Source: a virus
Lineage: Duplodnaviria; Caudoviricetes
DNA length: 59,515 bases
Direction: 5' to 3' (one strand)
IMG/VR virus record: IMGVR_UViG_3300022699_000433
Location: 1-59,515 of that record
Positions 10,441 to 20,165 of this stretch are shown in pieces. The notes beneath the pieces are model-generated. The model saw only the letters and a list, made by a program, of their open reading frames with translations, had not been told where the DNA came from and did not search any database. The first letter of the stretch is position 1. Each line of letters opens with the position of its first letter. The translations under genes were made by a program, and so were the position numbers.

Positions 10441-13400
10441 TCACTCCACCACGATCTTTACGCCCTCGTTGAGCAGCTTGAGCAGGTAGTCTTGCAGACG
10501 AGCCACAGCGCTCCTAATTTGATCCGCTGATTCAAATGATCCGGATAAGTGTTCAGATATACGAACCCGTTCGATCTTGACCTCAGGCGGTGTCGTCAAC
10601 CGCTGGATTTCGGAGACGACCTTGGCAAACAGGCCGCCAAGGGCTGCGATATCCGATTCCATCTGGCTGACACCGGCCCGGCACGCATTGCAGACAAGGC
10701 TCGTTTCCGGGAAACCTGCCTGTGCCGGCACGGCAGACAGGTCCTTCTCCGCACAACCCCGTGAGGTCAGCGCAGAGAGCACCGGTTCCTGCATGGACTC
10801 AGGCACCTGATCCCATTCCGGTCGCCCCTTGATCTTCTCTATCGCATCCTGGTACTGCATAGCTCGCTCGTGATGGGTCTTTTGGTAGAGTTCACGATAC
10901 CGGGTTTCGATTTCCTGCGCTTTCGCTTCGATTTCGCCCATGGAATCGAAGAAGGCCTCGGACTCCAACAACTCGCGAAGCTCTTTGCCCTTTGCAGCGA
11001 TCTCATCTTGGCCGCGCTCTTCAAACACGCGGGACATTTCATCGGCGGCCAGCCGGGCTTTTTTCAGGGTGGCCAGGCCCTTTTCGTTCAGACACTCGGC
11101 GATCTTGCGGAGTCGTTCGCGGCTTTCTTTTAGGGAGGTTGCGCCGCCTGCCAGAAGGTTCACACAATCATCGGCCGAGCCGTTCTGGATGTTCGCCAGG
11201 GCCTCCCCGTATTCCTCCACTATGGGCAGCACCGGCAAATACCGGGCCTTGGCTTCCGCTATGATCGGGATGACTTCTTTGCTCTCCGTGTCGGCATACT
11301 CCTTTGCGGCTGCTCCGATGGCGTTTTTCTCAACATCTACGGTCTTTCCGGTGAGACCCTCATAGCTCTGAACCGCCTGAGTGAGGGTCTTCAGATCCAC
11401 TGGTTTGATCGGGGTAAAGATGGCCGATTTGAACTTCGTATTGTTGATGAAGGGCTCCCGGCTTCGCGGTTCGGTGAAGGAGTCGAATTTCTGACCGCCG
11501 AAGGACACCTCGATGACGCCGGCACGGAACAGCACCGCGAGGACCAGCCGGAGCACGTCGCGTTCCCATCCATAGGGCGTGCCGTTGAATCGGCCCTCAA
11601 GTGCCTTGCCGAGGCACGCTTCACGATTCCCGTATTCATGCTGGCCGATCAGGTAGTCCCGCACTTCCTTGGCGATGTCCGCGTTCTGATTTGGGACATA
11701 GTTCGCTCCCTCTTTGATGACCAGCCCCAGGCCCCGTTCGCCCGCATAAAAGACTTGAGGGAGCGCCTTGAGGTCGGCCGCCTTCAGGAAGACATCGGGT
11801 TCATCACCGCGCAACGCACGTGAACCCATCTCCAGCTTTCGGTAGAGATCGGGAACGATCTGTTCCAGGAACTTCTTGATGATTTCGCCCAGATTTTTGC
11901 CCAGAGATGATGCGTCTTTAGCCACGCCGCGAAACATACCTGTTCCTTGTTCCAGTACCTCGGTGGTTTTGTCCCTGAGCCGGGATTCGAAGTTCAAGAC
12001 GAGGTTTTTTTCATCCTGAAGGCAGGTGGCCTGCTCACTTGAAATCTTGCTCTGCGCTCGAAGCTGATCGTATTTTTCAACCATCTTCCGGGAGGCAAAG
12101 AGTTGAGCCACCAGTTCGTCTATCTCAGGGGAAAGGGAGAAAGTCCAGTAGAGATCGTTTTCGTGGTTCTTCTGCCGACTTTCGTCCCGAATCTCGCTGA
12201 TCCGGTTGGATAGCCCGCTGTCATCCTCGGCCATAGCCACGGACATCTTGATATCGCCTTCATCACCAACGGGCGTACCGTCAACGGTGATTCCGGTTCG
12301 GAAGGTACGATAGTCCTTGTGCCGGTAGGTCCGAAGGGCAGGTTCGCTAAAAATCGAGCGCAGGGCATTTCGGACAATTTCGTTGCGGTCGCGAGGTTTG
12401 GGATCGAAGGTGTTCTTCTCGGTTTCCCAGTTCTTCTCTTGGGCAGTCTGGAGCTTCCAACCGTCCTCGGTGTTGCGGATGAACTGCGCATCGGAGAGTT
12501 TCTTAATAGCTGTCTCGACCTGGGCAACCGGTGCCGGATCCCCGACCTCGTCTATCAGGAAAGCAGCGATGTTCGCCTCGGTTCGAGGCAGGTCCCGCAC
12601 GAATTCGAGGAGACAGATCGCCTTAGCAACTCGAAGCGTCCAGTCCGTATCCTGCTCACCTTCCTGCCTGTGCGTGCCCGCACGCAGACAGGTGAATCGT
12701 TCGCTGATTTCATGGATGTCGGTGCGCCGCTCGTTCGAAAGGTTACCCTCGACCAACTCGTACACGCGATCCAATGTCACTAAGGTGCCAACCGGGCTTG
12801 CGGCGAGATTCGTCCGATTGGATACAAGCATCTCGTACGCCTGTTTGATGATCGTCCTGTTGCTTCCGCCAAAATGCCTTGGAGCTCCAGGCTGCAGGCG
12901 AATTCCCGACATGATGCTGATGCCGATATCAATGTAATGCGGCGGATACGGATAGAACTGGATAAAATCTTCTTCACTGACCGCTGTTCGGCGCGAGGTG
13001 CGCTCCAGCCGCAAGGCGGCATTGAGCGCGCCCTGGTTCTCGATGTAGAGCTTCCGGAGGATGGGCAGCGCATCGCCTTTCTTTGCCAGGACACGACGTG
13101 TGGCCACCTCGCGAATGTCCGACGGCGCGAGGTCGACACGATAGCGGAAACGGTCCTGAAGCTTGGCAAGTTCGACGCGCTTTGAATCGATGGCGGCAAC
13201 CACCTCGTCAAGTTTTTCCTGAGAGGTCACGACAATCCAACAGGGTGCCGGTATCTTTCTTGCCTTCAACAGGTTCCTGCCTACCTTACCAAACTCCTCT
13301 ATGGTGGCCCGCAGATCTTCGATCTTGTCACCGCTTCGGGCGACATGCTGGCCGACTTCATCGATAACGATAACAAGGGCCTCTCCAGGCCGTCTTCGCC

Positions 13401-14142
13401 CAAAGAGTTCGAATGTACGGTGGACAACGGTACTCACGCTGATTGCCGCGTCACGAGTACGCTGGGTTTGCGCCCAGGAGTCTGCGGAGGGATATATCTC
13501 TGGATAGAGGGAGTGCAGGACTGCACTCGCCCTTGATAGCCGTTGTGCGCCCTTGCGGACGAGCTGCCAATCCTGTCCGTGAATCTCCCTGCACGTGGAG
13601 ATGAACTGCTCCAACTTGTTCTCTGCTTCGAGCTCTATCTCCAGTTCAGCTAGGTCGAAATCCTCGGCGTAGCCGAGCTCCCTCAAGACACACGTATAAA
13701 TGAATTCCGCTATGCGTTGCGTAACCCGCCGGGTGTCCTGCTCCTTGCCGATGTCGAAGAGAATGACTTCCGTGGGGTACCGTGCATTGATAAGGTCTAT
13801 CAGATTCGCGACCTGCTCACCTTCGATCTGCTGTTTGAATAACGTTGCAAAGTCCTGTCCTAGAACCTTTCTATTCTCCAGGGCATATCCAAGGTTCTTA
13901 GCAAACGAACTTTTACCGGAGCCAAAGAATCCCGAAATCCAGACGCCCACGCTCTCATGAGGATCTGACGGGGCTTCTGCAATAGCGTTCAGGAGAACAG
14001 CATACTGATCCCGAATGCTGTCCGTAGCAATGTATTCGGTGATTTCCGAATACACTGACTGTTCATCGCTTTGATCGACCTGGATAATCTCTTCAATCGT
14101 CCGGCTCAGATCTCTCGAAAGGAGTTCGCCAATCGTTTTCAT
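10441..14142 (-). CDS. brxC: BREX P-loop ATPase BrxC
   Basis: WISGFFGSGKSSF Walker A, IVIDEVGQ Walker B, VTSQE; ATG at 14142 follows an AGGAGAG RBS (ORF track starts at 14166). Confidence 0.93.
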   Translation of the reverse strand: MKTIGELLSRDLSRTIEEIIQVDQSDEQSVYSEITEYIATDSIRDQYAVLLNAIAEAPSDPHESVGVWISGFFGSGKSSFAKNLGYALENRKVLGQDFATLFKQQIEGEQVANLIDLINARYPTEVILFDIGKEQDTRRVTQRIAEFIYTCVLRELGYAEDFDLAELEIELEAENKLEQFISTCREIHGQDWQLVRKGAQRLSRASAVLHSLYPEIYPSADSWAQTQRTRDAAISVSTVVHRTFELFGRRRPGEALVIVIDEVGQHVARSGDKIEDLRATIEEFGKVGRNLLKARKIPAPCWIVVTSQEKLDEVVAAIDSKRVELAKLQDRFRYRVDLAPSDIREVATRRVLAKKGDALPILRKLYIENQGALNAALRLERTSRRTAVSEEDFIQFYPYPPHYIDIGISIMSGIRLQPGAPRHFGGSNRTIIKQAYEMLVSNRTNLAASPVGTLVTLDRVYELVEGNLSNERRTDIHEISERFTCLRAGTHRQEGEQDTDWTLRVAKAICLLEFVRDLPRTEANIAAFLIDEVGDPAPVAQVETAIKKLSDAQFIRNTEDGWKLQTAQEKNWETEKNTFDPKPRDRNEIVRNALRSIFSEPALRTYRHKDYRTFRTGITVDGTPVGDEGDIKMSVAMAEDDSGLSNRISEIRDESRQKNHENDLYWTFSLSPEIDELVAQLFASRKMVEKYDQLRAQSKISSEQATCLQDEKNLVLNFESRLRDKTTEVLEQGTGMFRGVAKDASSLGKNLGEIIKKFLEQIVPDLYRKLEMGSRALRGDEPDVFLKAADLKALPQVFYAGERGLGLVIKEGANYVPNQNADIAKEVRDYLIGQHEYGNREACLGKALEGRFNGTPYGWERDVLRLVLAVLFRAGVIEVSFGGQKFDSFTEPRSREPFINNTKFKSAIFTPIKPVDLKTLTQAVQSYEGLTGKTVDVEKNAIGAAAKEYADTESKEVIPIIAEAKARYLPVLPIVEEYGEALANIQNGSADDCVNLLAGGATSLKESRERLRKIAECLNEKGLATLKKARLAADEMSRVFEERGQDEIAAKGKELRELLESEAFFDSMGEIEAKAQEIETRYRELYQKTHHERAMQYQDAIEKIKGRPEWDQVPESMQEPVLSALTSRGCAEKDLSAVPAQAGFPETSLVCNACRAGVSQMESDIAALGGLFAKVVSEIQRLTTPPEVKIERVRISEHLSGSFESADQIRSAVARLQDYLLKLLNEGVKIVVE
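10715..10741. repeat. 27-nt REP-like palindrome within brxC
   Basis: CCTGCCTGTGCCGGCACGGCAGACAGG; same ends as the element at 12663. Confidence 0.8.
12663..12692. repeat. 30-nt REP-like palindrome within brxC
   Basis: CCTGCCTGTGCGTGCCCGCACGCAGACAGG; stem TGCGTGC/GCACGCA. Confidence 0.8.
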
Positions 14143-14158
14143 GTGCTCTCCTTGGCTA

Positions 14159-14740
14159 CTAGCCATATATTTTTACCCGATAGTTTCCCAATACATCACG
14201 CTCTTTAAGGGCCATAAACCGCAAGCCGGTTGTCCCTTCAATAGTACCTGGATAGAAAAGGATCGTGGTTAGTGATGTCTTGCCCTGCATCTGATCAAGC
14301 AACTTGGAGATGTGATAGATCCCAGGAGCCATTACTGCTGAGCGCAGCAGAAAAACAACTTGCATGGAGGGATTCAAATCTTGAAGGCGCTCCGTCAGGA
14401 GCTCTGCAAGAGGCCGCCAATCTCGGTCCGACAGATACGTGGTGATCTGCTCCTGGGCTGCAAGGAAGCCCCGCTCTTTTTCGAGGGCAACAACCGCCTC
14501 GATGCCTTCCGTATCCTCAATGGCCTTCCAGAGAAGATCCGACATGTGAATGATACCGGTATTTCTGTCCATATCTTCCAGCCGAGTAGCCAGCAACCGT
14601 GCTTCTCGACGAAGCGTCCATTCTTCCTCAGGGTCGTAGCGAAAGATGGCGAAGGGCAGATCGTGATACACGCTGATCCGAGGTGGCTCAGTCTTGAGGT
14701 CATCTTCAAGGATCTGTATTCGATCACCGAGCGATGACAT
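14159..14740 (-). CDS. brxB: BREX BrxB (DUF1788-like)
   Basis: 193 aa; FAIFRYDPEEEW, ILFYPG, C-terminal GNYR; position between brxA and brxC. Confidence 0.85.
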   Translation of the reverse strand: MSSLGDRIQILEDDLKTEPPRISVYHDLPFAIFRYDPEEEWTLRREARLLATRLEDMDRNTGIIHMSDLLWKAIEDTEGIEAVVALEKERGFLAAQEQITTYLSDRDWRPLAELLTERLQDLNPSMQVVFLLRSAVMAPGIYHISKLLDQMQGKTSLTTILFYPGTIEGTTGLRFMALKERDVLGNYRVKIYG

Positions 14741-15542
14741 CTACGTACTCCTCAAGGGTGGTTGCTAAAAATGTCAGCCGGGTAACGCTCCCTGCCACAT
14801 GGTATTCAAGCAGGCCATGCTGATGGGCCTCCAACAGCAAGCGTTCAACCCATTCTCGATGAAGGAAGAACAACTTCCACTCAGCCAGGTCAAGGAGTTT
14901 CGTTCCTGATGGCTGATGCTGCTTTAAGTAAAACGCAATGTATGCGAATGCTTGAAGGGACAAGTAGGTTGGGGCAATGCGTTTTTTGACTTCTCCTTGA
15001 AGAACCCCAAAATCGCGAAGCGTTGCAAGCAAACCCTGAGTAACTCTACGAATGGTAGAGTCTCCCCAAGCGCCTGAGGTCTTACCGTCTTTGACCCATT
15101 CGGTCAACGTGTGCTCGACCTCAAGGACATCAATATCCATATTCCCCTTCGCCTGCTTAGGCACTAAATACTCTATGACCAAATCCTTGAGGAGCAAATC
15201 TGCGCGGGCGGAGTGAAAATAGAGAATCCGATCGACAGTGTTCCCATCAAATTGCCGTTTCACCAGAGTGGCTAAGGCCCTGGCAACAGCTTCTTCAGCA
15301 AGGTATCTTTGTCGGAAAATGGCAAGTATGTCCTCAGCCCTAGATCGAGAGGTTTTTCCGAGCAGGTTCTGGCTTCGCACGCGCTGGAGATTTTCATTGA
15401 CTGAAAGGCCAGAGTCCCAACAGGACAGAAGAGCCTTCGTGTCTGGCAGGAGTGCCCCAGCCTTTATGATCTTGCTGCTATATGGCTGCGAGACGGAATG
15501 GCCCTCCCCAACGGTATCCCTTTTGTCCTGGACCATAGTCAT
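14724..15542 (-). CDS. brxA: BREX BrxA (DUF1819-like)
   Basis: 272 aa; YSSKIIKAGALL, WGDSTIRRV, LRDFGVL; first gene of the operon. Confidence 0.85.
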   Translation of the reverse strand: MTMVQDKRDTVGEGHSVSQPYSSKIIKAGALLPDTKALLSCWDSGLSVNENLQRVRSQNLLGKTSRSRAEDILAIFRQRYLAEEAVARALATLVKRQFDGNTVDRILYFHSARADLLLKDLVIEYLVPKQAKGNMDIDVLEVEHTLTEWVKDGKTSGAWGDSTIRRVTQGLLATLRDFGVLQGEVKKRIAPTYLSLQAFAYIAFYLKQHQPSGTKLLDLAEWKLFFLHREWVERLLLEAHQHGLLEYHVAGSVTRLTFLATTLEEYVDVIAR

Positions 15543-15700
15543 GTCTACAAGTGGAATTGGAATTGTATATTCTTTGATTTATTCATGGAGTCTTTTCTAT
15601 ACTAGGGCCTATCAAAAATTGTACGAAACATCCACATTTATTCCCACTCAAGGTTCAAATGGCTGATTGTAGTTTCAACGTGATCCTTTTCGGAACCGTT

Positions 15701-15881
15701 TCAGAGCTCACGGACTGCGACTGCTTTATATTCCCCAATGAGACCTTCATAGGCGAAGCTGAAGTAGCGGTTGTCGCCGATAATGATATGGTCAAAGAAG
15801 CTGATGTCCCGTTGCCCTAGCTGCCATCATGGGGCTTTTGGTAAACCGCTTATCAGCACCACTTGGAGTTCTCGAGCCGGA
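15701..15881 (-). pseudogene. radC: RadC/JAB-domain C-terminal fragment, frameshifted
   Basis: SGSRTPSGADKRFTK...AARATG, then in another frame DISFFDHIIIGDNRYFSFAYEGLI, matching the RadC C-terminus; N-terminal part absent. Confidence 0.75.
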
Positions 15882-16228
15882 TAAAACTTTAAAGCGATCA
15901 AGTCCGTAATTCAAAGGGAAAATAACTATTAGGTGGAGTTGCATGCAGATAACGTCTTGTCTACAGGCACTGGGAGACATCGGGCAGCCTGGGTGTTTTG
16001 TGTTGGGAAGACATGAAAGGAACTTGTTCTTTTACTAACAGAAGAATTGCGGAAAGGCAACCGGAATATCTAAGGAGTGATACGGAAGGTATATGGGTAA
16101 TCCTAAAAGGGCATAAGGCATACGACGCAAACCAGATTGGAATAGGTAAGGGTACAGGGTCAAGATGAGGCTGTGCGGCTGAAAAATTGGGATGCGGGGA
16201 AATGAGCTACATGATCACCCTGATGATT

Positions 16229-16291
16229 CCTGAGATCTCCACTCGAAACTTGAAGATATCAGCCATCTTAAAACCTGTGATCTGTCTGCCC
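16229..16291. repeat. ~63-bp dispersed repeat, copy 1 (copy 2 at 31424-31486)
   Basis: CCTGAGATCTCCACTCGAAACTTGAAGATATCAGCCA...CCTGTGATCTGTCTGCCC. Confidence 0.8.
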
Positions 16292-16515
16292 TTTTAGCGG
16301 TGATCTTCTGCGCTGTTCCCTTCTCCAAGGATCCCTTTTTTATGTTTAATTCCCTAATCTAAAATAAACTCGGCAGAGAAAACCCACCTTTTCAGATAAA
16401 GCTAGTGGCAATTTTTTGGTAACCCAACAGCCAGGTCATGCCAATTATTTGTCATGTTGGATATCGCGATACCGTAACTATATGAAATGTAGAGTAATCG
16501 AAGATTGAGCTTGTT

Positions 16516-16531
16516 TGGCATCTGTTTTGCT
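16516..16531 (+). promoter_or_regulatory. sigma-54 -24/-12 promoter
   Basis: TGGCATCTGTTTTGCT with canonical GG-N10-GC spacing; enhancer-like boxes upstream (TGGCAATTTTTTGGTA, GCCAATTATTTTGTCA). Confidence 0.6.
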
Positions 16532-16539
16532 CTAAAAAG

Positions 16540-16596
16540 GTTCTGTTACCTCCTTACCCCGAAAAGGCAGGGCTCAGCACAGGCCCTGCCTTTGAT
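16540..16596 (+). ncRNA. putative sigma-54-dependent small RNA with anti-Shine-Dalgarno-like segment
   Basis: Follows the promoter: TACCTCCTTA, then 11-bp hairpin AAAGGCAGGGC/GCCCTGCCTTT; no ORF. Confidence 0.4.
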
Positions 16597-16939
16597 TCAG
16601 GGACATCGTTCAACCGAGAGTGCGTTCCGGGCATCCTGGAATCATATGGGTACGTAATCCCGAGCAAAGGAGAACCGGACATGGTACCTGTTGATAGCGA
16701 GAGCCCCTCGGGATACATGGGAGGGTATTACAGAAATAGCTCTTTCCCGCGAAGCTACCGAAATCTAACTGAGGAGCATGTTGCTGAGGACTTGTTATTC
16801 TTTTTTAGGTCGATCTTTCCTCTCACGCTCACTCGATGCATCAATGTTGCCGTTGTCATCAATCCATCCCCACAATTGATACCCATCTTTGAAGAAAACT
16901 CATTGACATGCAAAAAGGTTTAGACTATGCAGGCGGGTC

Positions 16940-17083
16940 ATGACCAAAGAGAAATTGCTAGAGATTATCACTGACCTCCTGAAGGCAGATCTTGACTTGG
17001 GGTTCCTGCTCAAACTAGAAGAAGATGAACTCGAGAAACTGGTTGCCTGCATCCGCGATAGAGTTGAACAGTTCGGGAAGTGA
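16940..17083 (+). CDS. small helical hypothetical protein (47 aa)
   Basis: MTKEKLLEIITDLLKADLDLGFLLKLEEDELEKLVACIRDRVEQFGK; TTGACA upstream; below ORF-track cutoff. Confidence 0.55.
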   Translation: MTKEKLLEIITDLLKADLDLGFLLKLEEDELEKLVACIRDRVEQFGK

Positions 17084-17131
17084 TGCTCTCCCCTCGTTTC
17101 CCTCTACTGCTTCACCTCCGAGAGTCAAATA

Positions 17132-17527
17132 ACTGCTGACTATGTCTTTCTGAATAGGTATGGGAGACCAATACGATCAGGGCCATTAAACAAGCGTATT
17201 TGGAGTAAAGTCCTTAAAAAAAGAGGAATAAAATACAGGGCAGTGATGCAGACAAGACATACATTCGCAACCCTGATGCTGGATGGATTTGAAAGTCCTG
17301 GTTGGGTAGCTAAAATGATGGGTCATACATCACTTAAAATGATTTACGATCATTATTATTCATACATAAAGAACTATCAGTCGGAGGATGGGCAGAAATT
17401 TATAGAAAGGGTTTACAGTCCCATCATGAAAGAAAATAAAAAAACTACCTCATTTCTACCTCAGCAACAAAAAGAGGGAATTAGGCTTCAACCTAACTGC
17501 CTTGAATTATTGGGTAAAACAGAGTAG
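17132..17527 (+). pseudogene. tyrosine integrase C-terminal remnant
   Basis: DYVFLNRYGRPI...QTRHTFATLML...VAKMMGHTSLKMIYDHY; in-frame stop upstream at 17081; ends 4 bp before the tRNA fragment. Confidence 0.8.
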
Positions 17528-17531
17528 CAAG

Positions 17532-17580
17532 TGGTCGGGACGACTGGATTTGAACCAGCGACCCCAGCGTCCCGAACGCT
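17532..17580 (-). tRNA. 3' half of tRNA-Pro(CGG); prophage att site, not an intact tRNA
   Basis: Minus strand AGCG TT CGG GA CGCTG GGGTC GCTGG TTCAAAT CCAGT CGTCCCG ACCA; no D-arm or 5' acceptor strand upstream. Confidence 0.88.
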
Positions 17581-17649
17581 CAATTCATAAAGAAAGCCTC
17601 ATCCAGTGGGTGTTTAAGAGGGTGTTCTCCTGACTAACAAATTGTTTGT

Positions 17650-18705
17650 TCATTTGTGCTTTTTACTCTTGTTTTTAGGAATGGTAATGGCCGGCAGCAT
17701 CTCTACCGTGGAGCGAAGCAGGGTCATGTCGCTGTGCTGGTAGATGCGGGCGGTGGTATCGGGCCGGGAGTGGCCGAGGATGTCGGCTGTCGGCCGTGTG
17801 CCCCCTCCCATTGAAAGGATCGCAGTGGCAAAAGCGTGACGGAAGGCGTAGGGAGTAAGCTTGCGCCTGATGCCGGCTTTTTCTTTGGCTGTTCTAAAGC
17901 TTTTGATGATCCGGTTCACGGGCCTGCCGCGAAAGGTAATGATGGGACCTTGAGAATCAGCTGCTTGTCGACGCCATTTCTTGAGTTGTGCCGTTAACAC
18001 CGGGTGCAGCGGTGCCCTCCTGAAAACAGGTCCTCCCTTCCGGCTTGAGCGAATGAGGATGGTTCGCTCCTTAAAATCTACATCAGCCCAGGTAAGCTTC
18101 AAAAGTTCCGTGGCACCGGGCCGGATCCCTGTGTAATAGCTGATAACCAAAGCCTTGACCAGGTGCGGCGGGCAGTATTGCAATAACCGATTGATTTCAT
18201 CGAGGGTGGGAGGGTTAATGATCTCATCGTCCCTGGTCGGCTTTTTGTAGCCGGCGATAGGGTTGTGCATGATGTGCCGTCGGGATACCGCCCAGTTGAT
18301 GATAGCCTGGATGTCGGAGAGCTCCCGGTGCACGGTGGTGCGTTTTACACCCTGCTGCAGGCGCCTGGCCACATATTGATCCATGCGGCGCATCGTAAGC
18401 GCAAGTATATTGGCAGTGCCCAGCTCGGGGAGGATAACGCTTTTCAGTTTATAGTAAAGCGCATTGCTGCTGCTGGTGGCAAGCAGGCCTTGTTTAGCCT
18501 CCAGGTATTGGTTGGCAAGATCTTCGAAGGTGGGGGCGTATTCGCCGGGCGTGCGTTTTTGATAGGGCCTGAGATCGAGTTCGTCGTTTCGTTCGCGCGC
18601 CTTCCGCTCGCCCTCCAGGCCCCGTCCGAAATATTCCCATCTGACTTTGCCGTCTTCCCGGTGCACCACCGCCCAGCGGCCGTCTTTGCGAAGATGTACA
18701 GACAT
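17650..18705 (-). CDS. phage tyrosine integrase
   Basis: 351 aa; YTGIRP, YAFRHAFAT, LGHSRPDTTARIY; adjacent to att. Confidence 0.93.
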   Translation of the reverse strand: MSVHLRKDGRWAVVHREDGKVRWEYFGRGLEGERKARERNDELDLRPYQKRTPGEYAPTFEDLANQYLEAKQGLLATSSSNALYYKLKSVILPELGTANILALTMRRMDQYVARRLQQGVKRTTVHRELSDIQAIINWAVSRRHIMHNPIAGYKKPTRDDEIINPPTLDEINRLLQYCPPHLVKALVISYYTGIRPGATELLKLTWADVDFKERTILIRSSRKGGPVFRRAPLHPVLTAQLKKWRRQAADSQGPIITFRGRPVNRIIKSFRTAKEKAGIRRKLTPYAFRHAFATAILSMGGGTRPTADILGHSRPDTTARIYQHSDMTLLRSTVEMLPAITIPKNKSKKHK

Positions 18706-18727
18706 AGTATTTTTTATTTAATGATGG

Positions 18728-19261
18728 TCAACATCCCCCGCTTTTGAGTTTTTTTTCCTGTTCATATTTGATTCGTTCATAGAAGCCGTGGATCTTCTCG
18801 ATGATCTGCTGGAACCGATTTAGCTCATGATCCCGGATATAGAGCATTTCCTTGACCAGCCGCAAGGCGTATTCGGGATCATAGAGGATTGTCCTGAACT
18901 CTTGAATGGCCCTTTCCTGTGCAAGAGTATAGTCAGGTAAAGGCCGGTCGTCGATCGTCGATTCTGGGGCATCCTCGCTGCCGTGAGAAGGTGATTTCGC
19001 AATACCGAATATTTCCTGTTCATGCTTTCCGAAGAAAACCCACTCGATTGCCATCCAGCCGAGATCTTCTCTCTGAAGCATAGCTTTAAGCAGCCGATCA
19101 TTCAAAGGAACCTTCCCTTGTTTCATGTCACTCAAGCTTGATTGGGCTATTTGCGCCTGTTCTGCCAGTGCATTCTGTCGTATTTTTTTGTGATCGAGAA
19201 TTCGATTCAATCGTTCTGCTTGAGCCATCTGATTCAGGTATTTTGAATTATTATTCGTCAT
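18728..19261 (-). CDS. CI-like XRE-family repressor
   Basis: HTH IRQNALAEQAQIAQSSLSDMKQGK; divergent from the early operon. Confidence 0.75.
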   Translation of the reverse strand: MTNNNSKYLNQMAQAERLNRILDHKKIRQNALAEQAQIAQSSLSDMKQGKVPLNDRLLKAMLQREDLGWMAIEWVFFGKHEQEIFGIAKSPSHGSEDAPESTIDDRPLPDYTLAQERAIQEFRTILYDPEYALRLVKEMLYIRDHELNRFQQIIEKIHGFYERIKYEQEKKLKSGGC

Positions 19262-19275
19262 AGCGAACTTTTTCC

Positions 19276-19303
19276 TTGACAAGGATTCGGTATTACGTAT
19301 CCT
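19276..19303 (+). promoter_or_regulatory. rightward early promoter
   Basis: TTGACA-N16-TATCCT in the cI/cro intergenic region. Confidence 0.5.
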
Positions 19304-19369
19304 AGGACCTACCTAACCGCCACGTGCTAGCAACCCATCGCAAAATGCTACGAAAGGAGGGTATTAGCC

Positions 19370-19678
19370 ATGGCAATACCTCTTAATAACCTTTCTATGT
19401 ATCATAAGACACAGGAAAAACCAAGCAAAAACGCCCGGGCTCTTCAGACCTTGAAAGACCTGGGATACTCGCTCACAAACATCCGCCTTTGTTTCTCGAA
19501 GCTCACCGGCATTAGTCAACCCGCCATCGCAGAGGAGCTCAAGATCTCCCGGCAAAACGTGACGCTGCACTTAGGCGGGTACCGGAGCAATCGTCTGATC
19601 CAAGCGAAGATCGCCGAGCTCTACGAGGTGCCGGTGGAGGAGTTTTTCCATGTCCCTCAGGAAGATCACGCCGACTGA
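19370..19678 (+). CDS. Cro-like HTH regulator
   Basis: GISQPAIAEELKISRQNVTLHLGG...IAELYEVPVEEFF; GGAGG RBS. Confidence 0.75.
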   Translation: MAIPLNNLSMYHKTQEKPSKNARALQTLKDLGYSLTNIRLCFSKLTGISQPAIAEELKISRQNVTLHLGGYRSNRLIQAKIAELYEVPVEEFFHVPQEDHAD

Positions 19679-19898
19679 TCTGGCGATCCACAGCATTGAT
19701 GAGATGATCAAAGAGCTCAAGCTCAGACGGGCGGAGCTGGTTGCAACCCTGCCGAAGGGCAGGAACACGGCCGCCGAGGGGAAAGTTTATAACCCCCGGA
19801 CGGGCAAAAAAGAGCCCTACGGCCATACCGCCAAAACGAAAGGAGGCCGCCGTGAACACGGCTCAGCGGAGCAAACGGGCACGGCAGATTATGCGTGA
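19650..19898 (+). CDS. phage hypothetical protein
   Basis: 82 aa ORF in the early operon. Confidence 0.5.
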   Translation: MSLRKITPTDLAIHSIDEMIKELKLRRAELVATLPKGRNTAAEGKVYNPRTGKKEPYGHTAKTKGGRREHGSAEQTGTADYA

Positions 19899-20067
19899 AG
19901 CCCGGTTTGCAGGTTTGTTCCGGAACTTTCAACATCCCTCCCACGTCCCTACGGGCGATCAAAAATTCATCCGCCGGATAGCGGAGCGGCGGCCCTTTAT
20001 TATGTACCGGATCCCCGGCGCACGGAATCCGTTGCCGGGGATTTTCTCTATGGAGCAAGGGCGATGA
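19852..20067 (+). CDS. phage hypothetical protein
   Basis: GTG after AGGAGG; overlaps the previous ORF. Confidence 0.45.
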   Translation: MNTAQRSKRARQIMREARFAGLFRNFQHPSHVPTGDQKFIRRIAERRPFIMYRIPGARNPLPGIFSMEQGR

Positions 20068-20153
20068 GCAAAGAAGCCCGGATGCTGACGAACGTGAGCA
20101 TCATCACGGGGATCTTCGGGTTGGTTTGTTTCTTGATCACGATCTTTCTATGA
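20064..20153 (+). CDS. small membrane peptide (29 aa)
   Basis: ATGA coupling; hydrophobic C-terminus. Confidence 0.4.
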   Translation: MSKEARMLTNVSIITGIFGLVCFLITIFL

Positions 20154-20165
20154 AAGGCGGGCGTT

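Noticed and set aside
16681-16923. 80-aa ORF
   Set aside because: No motif and atypical composition; left uncalled
17532-17580. Functional tRNA-Pro gene
   Set aside because: Only the anticodon arm to CCA is present; no D-arm or 5' acceptor strand
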